From Lama glama (lineage: Eukaryota), in assembly GCA_028534125.1 (NCBI GenBank), contig CM052816.1, positions 38,194,001 through 38,258,000 on the forward strand: a DNA stretch of 64,000 bases. Direction: 5' to 3'. The number at the start of each line of letters is the position of its first letter. Positions within the stretch are counted from its first letter, which is position 1. The notes under the pieces are model-generated. The model was not told where the DNA came from. It saw nothing but the letters and a program-made list of their open reading frames with translations, and made no database searches. This document shows positions 25,092 to 38,910 of the stretch, one piece after another. The position numbers and the translations under genes were made by a program.

Positions 25092-28019
25092 TCTCCTCTC
25101 AGAGAATTCCTTCCAAGATTGTCAATGGAATATACTCAACATTGCAAAGTCCCCCTCATGCTGCTGTAATTGTCACACATCTGTATGCCACCTTTTCATC
25201 TCAGGAAAGTCACAAAAATCTTTTTAATAACAACTCAGTCCATTATCTGAGGATTAAAAAGAAAAAGCTGTAGAAGCGATGAAATGTACACAGAAAAATA
25301 CAAGGATAGCAACATGTACATCAATTATTTGATCTTATCCATTGTCACTTTTGGATAGTCAGTGATGGGACAACATGACCTCAAAAGCTTATTGCATATT
25401 CTTGCTGAGGCAGAGTAGTAGGTTTGCTTTGTTTTTTGTTTTCTATGACAAATTCCATTAGTTTAAAAAAATTAAAGATGACTTATGTGTAGCCTTAATG
25501 CTTATTTAACACACTGCCTAAAAAAAGCACGACTACCTTTTTATTACATTAGATAAGGATATTTCCCCTTTATACTTGACTGCACTGACTTAGAACTTAT
25601 GGTAATTTAGGTAGAGTATGAACTGCAGTTTTATACTTTCATAATGCTTGAAGAAATAGTAGGTTTGTGCTACTTTAGTACATACTAAAGTTATTTTAAG
25701 CACAAAATATATCTTCATTTTTTTGCTTTCAAAACTTTGGTCAACATAAATTGAGAATCTTGAAGTCCACTTTATCAAATAATTTCATAATACTGGTATG
25801 ATGTAACATGTCCATTTAGAAGTCCTGGCAGAAAGCCTTTACTGACAAAACTTTGCTAATATATTTGAACTATGTGATAAAACCGTCTTTTAGGTTAAAA
25901 ATAGTTAAAAATACTAGCTTTTTGCCTAATATACTGGCAAAGTATCTATTATTTGTATAGGATGCTAAAAAAACAAATATCTGTTTACTGCATGTTTATT
26001 TAATAAGGATATACGATGTTTTGATCTTCTGGTATATTCTTTATGTAATTTAAAATATTTTAAAATCTAAATATTTTATTGCTATCTTAAAAAATAATTA
26101 GCGATTTAGTGTTTGCAGTTCGTGGTATTTGGTTTATTGACAATAACTCCTGGAATGTTTACTCGTGGGCTATGAAAAACATACACATCATGTATTTCTG
26201 GACCAGAGATCTACCAAAAAGTATTATGACTGCATTATGAATCACCACATCATAGCTAAACAGCTATTTTGTCAATAGTTCAAAGACCTCAAAATCTAAG
26301 ATCAACCACTTAACTGCTTACCAATCTCCAAAAGCAAGGACAGCATTTCACACTTTATGTAAAAACACTTATTCAAAGGTCAGACTACAGAGAACCTGAG
26401 GAGGCTGAGGCTGAGCAAAATCTGTATCTTCTTTTCAGAAGGACAACCCTCGTGCTAACAGCCAAACTGGGGAAACTGCACCTGATGCACAGGTACTGTT
26501 CAATTCCCCTGTCTAAAGGAAAGAGCACATCATTTCTATTGATAGTGGTGACGTACAGACCTGTTAACACAAAAGAAATTTACTTAGAGGAGCAGAAGCT
26601 ACATCAATTGATTCTGCATTCTGGGAAAGAAAGTGGCCTCAAACCTAAAGTAATGTTTTAGAGAATCACTGGGGGCATCACAATGAAGGTACTGAGGAGC
26701 AGCTCCCAGGTCTAAGGACAAATGCTTTAGTAGCATCCTCTTTGTATAATAAAGATACAGTAGCTTCATAGGTGCTTCATTGCCATTGCACATGCATCTG
26801 CCATCAAACTACAATGAAAAGTAATTGCTCCTCAGAAACATCTCCAGTTTGTGTCTGCTTGATGCCATCAAGTTTTGATGAAAAGAAGAAACAGCATTTA
26901 CATAGGATACCTGATGTATTGTACATTCACTTCTTTAAATCAGTCTGCAACATAGGAGAGGTACCCAAGATGGGACAGGAAGAAAATGCAGGAATTTCTA
27001 TTTTTTTCTATTTCATCCTACTTAATTTATACTTCTGTGCTTGATGGGATAAGGAGAAAATGTTAGAATTTCACTTTTTCTATCTCATCCTATTTAATTT
27101 ATATTTCTAAGCATGATTTATAAGGTAAAAATAATTAGTAGAGTTATGCATGCATAAAATTTCTCAAGTTTAACACACTTAAAATTGAGACGAGGGCTCA
27201 ACTCTAAGTATCGCATTCTTACTGAAAGAGATACAGTATAAACAATGCTTGAAATCATCTGTTCTAGTGCTATAAAATCTAACGTGGTTTAAGTTAGGCC
27301 ACTAGTACTTGAGTATCTGCCCATCACATTATGCTGTTAATGGACTTTGTTTTGGGATCACATCACTTACTATTAGGAAGGACACTATACACAAGCACAG
27401 CATCCCATCTCCTAGTCTGCTACTTGTGTCTCAACTTTTTTTTTCAGAGTATTTACTCTCCTATGATGGATGGAGAATGGGTGGGCTCTGTCCTTCAAGT
27501 TTTCTTGCCCTTTCCTGGTTGAAGAGTGGGCACATGACCAATATGAACCAGATTCTCTCTCCCTTGTGACTATAAATCTTGGATAGAAAAATAACAAAGC
27601 CCAAAGACAGCTGCAGCTGACCCATCCAGAGAGCAACCTGCTGAAGAGCTTACCCAGCAGGTCTCTGATTCAAAGGATTTGCTCTATACACAGGATAAAA
27701 TCACTTTATTAATAATTAATAATAAAATTATTTCTACCTGACATAAGATGTAATATCAGAACTTGAATGGATAACAGTGATTGAGAAATATATGTATCAG
27801 TTCTTCCCACTTGGAGGGTGGTGATTTCTCTAAATGAGAAAAGTGCTGAATTTCCTTAGAGGATAAACATTTCTCAGAAGTAAGTAAATCCACATATTCA
27901 TCCCATAACTTCTTCATCAACTGAATAAGATAACAAACAAAAAAATCAATGGTAGCAGGTCCAGGGCTCTTTCAAATGACATAAGTGTGCATCAGCATTT
28001 GATTAATAATAAAACAAGC

Positions 28020-28260
28020 TGACGTTTATCATATTATCACATTCCCAAACACAATTTGAAGTTTTGTATGTAGATTAATTCAGTTGATCCTTGTAGTAAA
28101 CCTATAAATTAGTTACAATAATATCCTTATTTTGCACATATTGTAATTGAGGCAACTATTTATGATATTTATAAAGGGTTGCACAGCTCGGAGGGCAGTA
28201 GACGTGCATAAACCCAGACACTGTATATCCAGGATCTGTCCCCTTCTTCCTTCACACCGA
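28020..28260 (-). mobile_element. MIR fragment
   Basis: gatccttgtagtaaacctat...ccttattttgcacatattgtaattgaggc pattern. Confidence 0.55.
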
Positions 28261-28434
28261 CTTTCATGTGCCACCGGAAGTTAAACCTTTTGAATTTTGT
28301 TTATTGGTACAAACAATTCAACTAACTTTAAGTATAATTTCCGTGTTTCTTCATCTCTCCCTTTCTGATCACACAAGTCAAGCAAAACAAAATTTACACG
28401 TGCACAAGAAAGGACTAAGTCAGTAAACCTGGGT

Positions 28435-29000
28435 TGTCAAAACCTGAGTGTTCAGAAAAAAAGGTCTGACCCTTGCCCAGCTCCTGGAAGAGACCCTTTA
28501 GCTGCTAGAATGTCCTATGTAATAAGAGTGTCCTGAGGCCTTGGGCCATGCCAGGATATTTTATGCTAATAATGTGATTTATCATGAGAACCGTGGGCTA
28601 CAAAATATTAATTTGAAGTTGAGGGGTTGGAATTGAGAAACTGAAGTCAGCCAGGTGGGTGGTCAGTTGCAGCTACTGACAGAGGCCCAGTAAAAAGCCT
28701 GGACACCAAGGTTTTCAGCTGACAGGCTGAGTTTTCCTGATAGGCAAAACTTTATGCATATTGTCACACAATGCCACTGAAGAATTAAGTGCTGACTGCG
28801 GAACACTGAGAGAAGACACGTGTAAGCCTCACCTGCTCTCCCCTGGACGCTGCCCTAAGTGCCTTTCACCTCTACTGATCCTAATCTGACCCCTGCACTG
28901 AAATAAACCACACCCATGAGTTTTACAGCTTTCCTGAGCATGGTGAGTACTTATTCCAAGTTACTGAAACTGAAGCTGGTCTTGGGGACCGCCAAATACA
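28435..29000 (+). mobile_element. ERVL-type solo LTR (MER21C/MER68/MER77-like)
   Basis: TG...CA ends; aaggtctgacccttgcccagctcctgg; ccagtaaaaagcctggacaccaagg; AATAAA near 28902; gtcttggggacc end motif. Confidence 0.8.
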
Positions 29001-30753
29001 ACATGATATCTTTTTTTTTTTTTTTTTTACCATTTAAACATGGAAAGAAAAACAAGTACTTCTGAAGAAGATTAGGAGGTACTGATAAAAACTTACAAGT
29101 GTGGAATTCTCTGAATCCTCCAGATGATTAAATTAAACACTGCTTATTTATCTTTCTTACTCTGATAACATAAGCCAGATAGTCATGTTCTTTTGGCAGA
29201 AAATGTAGGAAAAAACTGGGGGAAAAAAGCATGATGAAAACCAACATCACTCACAATACAGCAATCAGGGAAAAGCACTATTTTAATATGGTGTATATGC
29301 TCCTTTCTTCACTTCTCCCTTTATGTATTTAATTTTAATCTTTATTTAGTACTCATTTTCTACTGGGGGTATCACCTATTTTATCTGGTAATGTGCAATA
29401 AGGAAATGTCAAAGAATGTTAGGAGAGGAGTGGTGATGTGTTCTAGGGTTTTGAACCCCAAGGAGACAAAAATCACTCTTGCTTTTACTCTTTTAGAACA
29501 ACTCTGTGGGGCAAAGACACTGGTCACAATTTCAAGGTCTTTAAATCTTCAACAAAATAGTTCCATTCGAGAAGGCAGCCTGCCTAGATTGCAATCTACC
29601 AACCCTAAGGTTTTGGAGGGGCTGAGGTGAAGAGACAGTGCTCCCACTAGTAGATCAGTCAGAGAGGTTTTACTGCAGCAGATGCCTACACTGTGCTTAT
29701 GTCCTTATGAGAAGCAGGTGATCATTACCACCAGAAACAATCAGACTTTAAAATCATTCCTGCAATCAGATTCTCTGGTCAAACTCCACCTCAGGTTTCA
29801 CACACACGCCCCTTCCCTATGCACACACACATACCTGCATGCACTCACACACACACACCAGTTCAAGCCTGTATCCAGATTGATCTGGTTTGGTTTAGTA
29901 CTTCAAATCAGTGTTTTCTATTTCTGTATTTTCTCTGATGATGATCGTGAGAAAGGCAGTCAGGATTTAAAACGTACTTTGGTTCTCAACATTGTCAGGA
30001 ACATATAATTTATAAATATATTTTTATATATACATATATTTACAATCAGAATTGTGGTAATGTTATATTTTGATTTTCCTCCAAATAACAATATGTAAAA
30101 TTATCTCCATATCTTTAAATACTCTAAAAGAAAATTTTCTCATTGATTTCATCATAATATATGGTATGACTACAATGAACAATTCTCTATTTTTGGATTT
30201 TTTTTGTTCCCTTTTTCATAGTTACAAAAGTGACCCAATTAGCATGTTTATAATTAGTTAATGATGCAGTTGTTTGCTTAAATATTTTGAGTAAATTCCT
30301 ATAATGAGAATTATGATTCAGTGAATATGAACAGTTTATTTCTTCATCAAGTATTTTAAGAAATTTTTAGTAGCTTCAAAATAGTACATTCTGTATGTTC
30401 TTTAACTTTTATAAACAAACACTTTCAGAATACCATTTTACAAAATCCTTTTGAGTGCATCTATATATAATTTAATGTAAACAAACTTAAAACTTACTAA
30501 ATTCATAGTAGTTAAATGGTATAAAACCTTTTTAAGGTATTTGATCTATTTTCTCAGCTTACCCACCAGAAATATTAAATTTGCGATCTCACCAACAAAA
30601 ATTCAATTCATTCCTAAAGTCTAGTTGACATAACTTGGAGAATTTACACATTTAAGTTAATAATGGTAATAAATAATATTTAGTGTGCATTTAGCACTTA
30701 CTTTTTTTTAATGTCCTGTCACATTTGATCCCTATAATAATCCTAAGAGATAG

Positions 30754-31216
30754 TGTTACAGCAAAGTGTCACAGCTTAGTGTTACAGCAACTTGGATCTT
30801 GGCGAGAGACCAAGCAGCACTCAGAGGGTTGGAGAACTCAGGTTTATTTCGCCAGCGGGCCCAGAGGAGTTAACACTCCAAGCTCTGGACCCTGCCTGTA
30901 GGTTTACACAGGTTTTATAGACAACCAGTCAAGACTTTGCACCATTTTGCAACATCATATGCAGGGTAGGTGTAACAAATGGACCAGTCAGGAGTGAGCT
31001 AGGTTTGCACCACATGCAAATGAGGTGTGACAAATGTACCAATCAGGAGTGAGCTCTGGGAACCAACAGAATCTTAGGGTATGTTTTGCTTTCCTAGAAG
31101 CAAGCCATTTTACAGAAGCACAAAAGTGAGATAATGCCAGCAGACCAGGGAACCGGATGGCGCCACCGGGAAAGTAGTGGGGTCCTGCCAGTCTTTTCAT
31201 AGGGCTTCCCATCTTT
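30754..31216 (-). mobile_element. Relatively young ERV solo LTR inserted into a MIR
   Basis: Minus-strand AATAAA (~30843) and TATAAAA (~30913); repeated cca(g/a)tcaggagtgagct motifs; retained CpGs; probable ATAG TSD; MIR halves on both sides. Confidence 0.8.
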
Positions 31217-31454
31217 ATAGGTATGATATTATTCCCATTTTAGAGATGAGAAAACTGGTTTAGGGGTATTACTTAACTTTTCAAATTCCCACAGCTAGAA
31301 AATGAAATAAATGTAATATACATCACATTCTGCCTCTCAGGTGTGTCTGGAGTCATCTGAACTACTAACAGGACAATATTTAACAATCTAATGTTAACAT
31401 TGTAGAAAAAATAAGTTCAACAGTTAAATATATTTAAAATCACATGTGAATGTC

Positions 31455-32018
31455 TGTGGAAAACAGTATGGAGGTTTCTCAAAAAAGTAGAAATAGAACT
31501 ACCATATGACCCAGCAAATTCATTACTGGGTATGTATTAGAAAAAAACCAAAAACACTGATTTGAAAAGATACATGCACCCCAATGTTCATAGCAGCATT
31601 ACCTACAGTACTGAAGATACGAAAACAACTTAAGTGTCCATTAATAGATGATTGGATTAAGAATTAAATATACACAATGAAACACTACTCAGCCATAAAA
31701 AAGACTGAAATTTTGCCATCCTCAGTGTCATGGACCAAGTTGGAGGGCATTATGCTAAGTAAAATAAACAAGTGAATATATCAAAAAAAGAAGCAGGCTC
31801 ATAGATATAGAGAACAAACTAGTAGTTACTAGTGGGGAGAGGATCAATATAGGGGTGAGGAAGTACAAACTCTTGGGTGTAAAACAGGCTGAAATATCAT
31901 ACAATATGAGGAATATAGCTAATATTTTGTAACAACTGTAAATGGAAAGTCACCTTTAAAAATTGTGTACAAAATAAAAATAAATGAGAAAGATAATTAA
32001 AAAAGAAAAATAAATAAA
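31455..32018 (+). mobile_element. LINE-1 3' end (older L1MA/Laurasiatherian type)
   Basis: tgtggaaaacagtatggaggtttctcaaaaaa...ccatatgacccagc...agatacatgcaccccaatgttcatagcagc; A-rich tail. Confidence 0.9.
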
Positions 32019-33199
32019 ACTGTGAGTGTAGGTATCCAGCAAATCTTCCTTGGAATTCACAAAATTAATAATAAAAGGATATAAAATCTATTTTAAAAGT
32101 AACATTTATCCAGTAAGTTACTACAAATAAACAGGATTATAAAAGAATGACAAATAAATGTATCTTCTAATCTAAAAATACAGACTTGACAGTTTTATAA
32201 TTCTTTATATGTATCTTAGCCTAGCAATTTTTATTAGTCCTGTATTGTTAAAAATTTATACTTTTCACACTTTCCATTTCATTTTTTTGCAAGAATCTGT
32301 TTTGATGTTAATGTAATGTCTTTTCTACCATAAATTATATTTGTCTTTTGTTTTGTAGAAGCAGACTGAGACATAAAGCAAGTACCAAATGTAAAGTGCT
32401 CCCATGTGAAGCACTGCCAGTGGATTCTAGCATGATGAAGGACATCTATACACAGATAAATGCCATTACAAAACCTACAATTAAAAAAAAAGCACCAAAT
32501 ATCAGATAATAACATGTAATTTATTCTTGTAATGTCACACTCTCTTCCTACTCATACAAATAATCTATAATTTATATAAATTTTTTTGAAATAATACACA
32601 GTTTTACTACAGAAAGAATGGAAAATTGACCTAGAAAGCACATTCAATGCTTATTTCTGCTACTTATTACTTGTGTTATCAGGCACACAAATTAGCCTCT
32701 TTGGTTTTCTATACATGAAGCAAAGTGATGGTTACATTACACTATCTAATTCTATATGGTCTTTCTAGCTTCCAAATATCTATGAATATATTATTCAGCT
32801 AGTGATTTATTTTCATTTTCACTTGGTTTTTCTTACTGAGAGTTATGACAAGTTGTAACAAGAATCAGCCACTTTCACTATAACTTAAACACAAGAATCT
32901 GGGGGAATATAATGGCCTTTGGAATTTGTGGACTAGAAACCATTACAGAAACTGTTTTTAATCCTAGTATATGAAAGACATGTTTAAAGATTTAAACATA
33001 ATTACCACAGGTTAAAGGTGGAAGAGAGGTCATATTTTGTTTCAGAATATAATCATATAAATATCTATCTCAGAAAATAGTTTTAGAGGTGATCTAGCAT
33101 TATAATCCTATTCATCCTGGATGCATTAAAATAACCTTTTTCTTAGGGCTCCTCCATGTTTTGATTTTAGGCCAGATTTTTTTTATCATGATTTTAGCT

Positions 33200-33430
33200 A
33201 TTTATTAAATACATGTATGACCTAGACACTGACTTAAATTTTCTCTATGTAATATTTCACTGCCTTTATATCAACCCTAAAAGGTATACAATTTTTCATT
33301 TCTATTTCACAGAAAAGATAGTAGAGAATTAGAGATTAGAAAGTCAAAATGACTTGTCCAAAGTCACAAAGCTAATAAAGCTAAATATCCAGACCCAAGT
33401 CAGCTGGAACCAAAGCCCGTGCTTTGAAAC
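33200..33430 (-). mobile_element. MIR
   Basis: tgacttgtccaaagtcacaaagctaataa...ccagacccaagtcagctggaaccaaagccc. Confidence 0.65.
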
Positions 33431-36061
33431 ACATTGTATTTCCTTTAACAGAAAGAAAAGAAAACATGTATCTTAACAGGCATAAGCTGATGAATCAGTC
33501 TTCTCCAGCTTTTAGCCCATGCCATGGTGTCCAGGTTCACAGTCATGACCCCTTATAGAAAATGAAAAGTAATGTTAAGAACAAAACAACACTAAGACTG
33601 AGATTTTTCTTAACATGAGCATTAGACTTGAATTACATTCTAGTTATCCTAAATGAAATACCTGAGGCAGATGTGTCAGAATACGGATTCACTAGAATTT
33701 CAGAAATACAATAAGGCATTTATTACTACTTATTACTTAATACCTTAATGTTTCATCAGCAAAACTTATGACGCTCACATTAAGTGTGATAAACAAAAAC
33801 TCTAAACAGCCTGTTTAATTCAGGTTGGGGTTTATAACAAAACAAATTATGAAAGCACTTTCCTTTAGAGCTCTATGCACTTTAGAATTTTGGATAAGAA
33901 ACCATGAACCTATACTTCTTTTTTTTTCTTTAAATTAAAAAAAAGAAGCAATATGATCTTGAATTACTAACACATTCTATTTTCATTTTACTTTTTATTT
34001 AGTTCATTTTGTATGCAACTGTGTAGGCTCTCCTCCTGACTACATGCTGTGTAACTAGGAAAAAAGAGAAGTAAAAGTCAGGAGTTTCATTGAAAAACTT
34101 ATACCTTTGTTTTACTTCATATAATTTTGGGTTTGTTCAAAAATTGTGACCTAATAGTATTCTGAGTTGTGTCGGTCCCTCCACTAATTTATAGATCTTT
34201 GCCTCATTATGGATTTCCAAAGGCCTTATGCTAATTTATATTAGGATTTGTATTTTCTCATAAGGCCTCCTAAAAAAATCAAAAATGTCTTAAGAAAAGG
34301 AAGTATATTCATTTTTTTAAATTTCATCATGAATGTTGAGACCCCTTTGCAAAATAAATTATTAACCATTTAAAAGTCTTTAACTTTATGATTACTTCAG
34401 ATAATTTTGAAACTATGTATGCAATCATCTTTGTTTTGATGAGCTATTTTACAATGTGAGCCAAAAACCCAATTTTTTTAACTTACATTGCTCCATTATT
34501 TTGAATAGCTTAGAATAACTAAAGAGTAAAATCAAAGTTGAAGATGTAAAATTGTCTTCTCCTGAAATTACCTGAATTGTATCTCTTTTCTTTGAACTAT
34601 GGCCAAAGAATCAGATCACTGTCTTTTAAATTCCCTTCTAAATATGAACATACTTTTGAAATTCAATTTTGCCATAAAATCATGGGCTACCACTAATTTA
34701 CTTATGGGAATAAGTTATTGCTTATTCTATTGCTAATAGAAGGGGGATTTTATGAAAATCTCCAAGTTTTTGGTTAGTCATCAAATTCTCCCAACATAAA
34801 TTATATGTACATGCTGCCAAAAGTACCAAGACAAATTCTGCTTCAAGAAGGAAACAGAACAAGAGAAAAAGGAAATATACCATTTCAGTGGGCTAAACCA
34901 CATAATGGTGGTATTTTATGTCAATGGCTCATGCCAGCTCCATATTATGACATATCATACATCAACATTATAAGATGGAAGGAGAGAGTAATCGTAGCAA
35001 AGCCATCTGATGCCATTTTGAGCTATTGAATAGTTTAGGATCTCATTTTTGACATCTCATACCTAAGACATCTTTATGCTCCCTCTCCCCAGTTTCATTT
35101 ATTTCAACAGATTTGCTATCCAAAATAGCCACTGGAATCTCAAAGAGGCACTAACATTTCTAAGAGCATCAAAGCCTTAAGGTGAAACCTAAGAAAAAAA
35201 TTTCTTTAATATTCAAGATAGGTAATTAGAGTCTTGTTTAAGATTGGCAAAGGTGTAAAACATACCTCTCAAACATCCATCTATTTTGTGGAACTAAAAG
35301 ATGACATCATATGTTGAAGAGATACCTCATAAACAAACTTAACGTATCTAACCAAGTGCTGACCACAATACGTGAAATATTTAAATATGCAAAAAAGAAA
35401 AAGAATGACTTAAGTGGATACAAAAATGTTTTGTGGGGTTCAGTTATTTGAAAACGACGATGAAAATAGTAGTAGTCACCTCAAATATTCACCATAGACA
35501 ATAGAAACTACAAATGCAGCTTCTCTGAAGAAGAAGCCTGTGTAGTCTGCAAGGATCAGTTTAAGTATTTTTAAATGGTTTCCTGTCAGAGCTTAGCTTA
35601 ACTAATACGAAAAAATATAATTACATGTCACCTAAATGTCTTTAAAAATCTGCAGGATGGTTTTCATAATTGGTATTAAATTTCTCGTAAATAAGAAAGC
35701 AATGGTATGAAAATTACAGAAAGAGCTATCAAGTTACATGTTCATAAATAATGCTGTTCCACTTGAGAAATAAGCTTCCCAAAGCATTGATTCTATCTCA
35801 GCACAAATAACTCATCGCAAAATACTACACACTTGCCAGGCCTGTTTTCAGAGCCTTTGGAAACAGAACGCTTAATAACTAGACTCATTAATGCTAATGG
35901 TAAATCAGTGAGATTAAATATTTCTATAAATCATTTCATTAATAAAACAGAGGGCCCATTAAAGAACTATTGAACTGTTAAGCTGCAGTATTTCAGAATC
36001 AGCATTTTATAAACATTTCAATTAGCACAGGTTGCCAACAAGCATAAAAGGCACAGCATAC

Positions 36062-36146
36062 CAATGCCACCAGATAGAAAAGTGTGCACTAGCCAAGTAA
36101 ATCACGAAGAACCGAATTTTCTTTAGAATATCGTAACGTAGAACAG
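36062..36146 (-). other. Candidate exon, 85 nt (probably 5'-UTR)
   Basis: atttatgttcatag|CTGTTCTACGTTACG...GCATTG|gtatgc; four CpGs in the first 42 nt against a depleted background. Confidence 0.4.
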
Positions 36147-36638
36147 CTATGAACATAAATATAATGGATAAGTATTCACTTCAGATATAATGAATTTTAC
36201 ATACATATTTGAGTGTCCACATATATAACCTATCGATCTAACCGTATTCTGTATTCTGTCTCATGTAGCTTTCAAGAACCCTCTGAAGGATGGTATGCTA
36301 TAACATTCACTAGCACACTCTATCATTTTACTATTGTCCTTACTTAGATGGATCATGGACAAAATGAATGATATCTGAGCAGTTAAGATTACAGGAGTGA
36401 ATACTTAAATACAAAAAGAATAATGATAGTTTGCTATAGCCCTCAGTAAGAATGTTCACCAAATATAAGAGCTGAAAAATGAGACTGGAGAGTATGCATT
36501 TCAAATAGAGCTACCAAGGCACAATGTGGGAATGACCACAGACTAAGTGATACGTAGGAGTAGACTCTTTAGGGTCTCTCGTACATAAAAACTCTACTTT
36601 TTCTTTAGCTTTATTTCTTTTTAAACTGACAGCCAAAT

Positions 36639-36663
36639 ACACACACACACACACACACACACA
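36639..36663 (+). repeat. (AC)12 microsatellite
   Basis: Direct reading. Confidence 0.95.
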
Positions 36664-37177
36664 GTTAAGCCTCCAACTGCACATTTTGGTGAACAGGAGA
36701 AACTATTCAGTTGGAAGAATTAATTTTCCCCTCAAGCCACAATCTCTGCTCGAGTCCAAAATGCTTCTAATTTGCCAGGAAGTACATATTAGTTTAGGAG
36801 AGGTGGGGAGCCAAAGTGTAAGAAAAACAGCAGAAATCCTGGCAGAGGATTGAGGAAAAAAGAGCCCAGGATTCAGAGAAGCTGGGTAAATATCTAAATT
36901 CAAATCCCTTGTTTACTATAATGTTTTCTGTACTGGGAAAACAAGTCCATGCAGTGTAGGTTCTGTGTAGCAAAGAGAGGAATTCAGGTGACTTTTTGCC
37001 AGACTAGTGTTTGTACTGGCATTTGAGGATTGAGCTTTTTGAAGCTTTCTCATTAGAAAAGTGTATAGTGGGCCATATGTTAACCAATGCAGCACTGGTT
37101 TGAAATAGAGAATGCACAATTAAAAATTAAAAAAAAAATTTCAGAAGTGTCTTTTTTTAACAATTTATGTCTCAGAT

Positions 37178-37690
37178 TATAAGATTGCCACAAACCCTTT
37201 GACTCTTCTCCTACAAACTGTCGGGGGGTCTATTTTTCTCCTCCCCTTAAATCTGGGCTCGATTGAGACTGCTTTGACCAATGGAATGTGGCAGATGGGA
37301 CACAATACCATATCCTGTTTTAGGAATTCAGACGACTGGTAGATTTCGCCTTGGTATCTGGGGGCCTTGAGCCACACTCTATGAAATCCAAATATCCTGA
37401 AAACTCAGGCCTTGTTTAAGAAGCCTAATCTAGAGAAGGGGCCTTAGAGATTAATTTATCTTGTGGAAAATGAGAGAAAAAGACTAAAGATCATGAAGAA
37501 GCCAATCCTGCAAGGTGATTCGCTAGGACCAGTCGATTCTCTAGGACTGAGTTACAATTGTCAGAGACTAAGCACCCAGCCAAACTCATCCCAAAGTCCT
37601 CACTCATAAAGTCATTAGCAAAATGAAATGGTTGTTTTAGGTCATGTGGTTTCAGGGCAGCTTGTTACATGGCAATAGATAGACAAAACA
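37178..37690 (+). mobile_element. MaLR solo LTR (MLT1F/G/H-like)
   Basis: aagattgccacaaaccc...gactgctttgaccaatggaatgtggcag...gcttgttacatggcaatagatagacaaaaca. Confidence 0.85.
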
Positions 37691-38709
37691 TGATGTTAGC
37701 CTGAGAATCCTTAGATTTCCACAATTCTGAACTTACTAAGAAAATCAATGCATCAAAGTTCTTTTTCCCCCTCCAGACTGACTGATATGTTTTTGCTGTT
37801 TTTAGTAAGAATCACTATTTATAGCAAGATATCCAAAGTCACCCAAATTGTGTGGCTTCCAAAAAATAAACCATGCAATATTGGCACTTATGCTAGTAAA
37901 ATATCTCTGGGTGGTGAATTTTACCAGCTATGAAAATCACTTTCTAAATACCTGCTCACGCTTTAAAAAATAAGTCTAAAAAATTTGTCTATATCTCAGG
38001 AAAGACTTTAATAAAATATAGTGCTTCTCTAGCTTAGGAATTTCTCAATCTTTTATAACGAATTACATTTTTTAATGGAACCAGCTATATTTAATTGTAA
38101 CACATATTCTGTGAAGGATTATGCTATATTTCAATATGGGCTTGTGTTTCTTAAAGGATGTTGTGGGCATAGGTAATCCTATTAGCTTTATTAATATGGA
38201 ATATTCGTGCTCAGTGAAATATTTATTTCAAAGGATTGTGCAGTGATTAATTCTCAGTTTGCCACCACACAGACTAATTGTGCACATACTGTATTTATGA
38301 AATGCATTTCAACATTAGGGAAAAAGAAAACTGTGGAATATATCAAGAAGCATTTTTGGGTTAAGGATTTTCTATCTGAAAATATACCAAAGCTTTTTCA
38401 ATTATTAAATTTAAAGAAGATAAAATGTTTCAGCTGGGTAGAGGGATAACGTTTGTAACATAGTTAATTAAGTAAAATGCAGATGCCAGATGTCATAAGA
38501 ATTAAAAAAAAATGATCTTTTTTTAATTGAAGTATAGTTGACTTAGTAGTCACTCCTGAGGGCTGCCTAAATTGCTGCAGCATTTTTCAGCTATCCTTCA
38601 TTATTAAGGTTTAATTTTCTAAGTTTATGATACATTTCATTAAAAAGTAAACATATTGATCAATATAAAGGTGTCATTATTTTAATTATATTTTATTGGT
38701 TAAGATAGG

Positions 38710-38910
38710 ATGATCTGATACCAGGCCTCCTGGGTTCAAAGATTAATTCACTGCTTCTTAGCTATAAGATTTTGAAGAAGTTACTTTCTTCACAAGTAAA
38801 ATAATTTTGACAATACTTCTTCAAAGAGTAACTGTGGAGATTAAACAAATATTTTGAAAGCACTTTAAAACAGTTCCTGGACAAGAATAAGACTTCTGTA
38901 AATATTACAT
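38710..38910 (+). mobile_element. MIR
   Basis: ggcctcctgggttcaaa...gagattaaacaaatattttgaaagcacttt. Confidence 0.65.
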
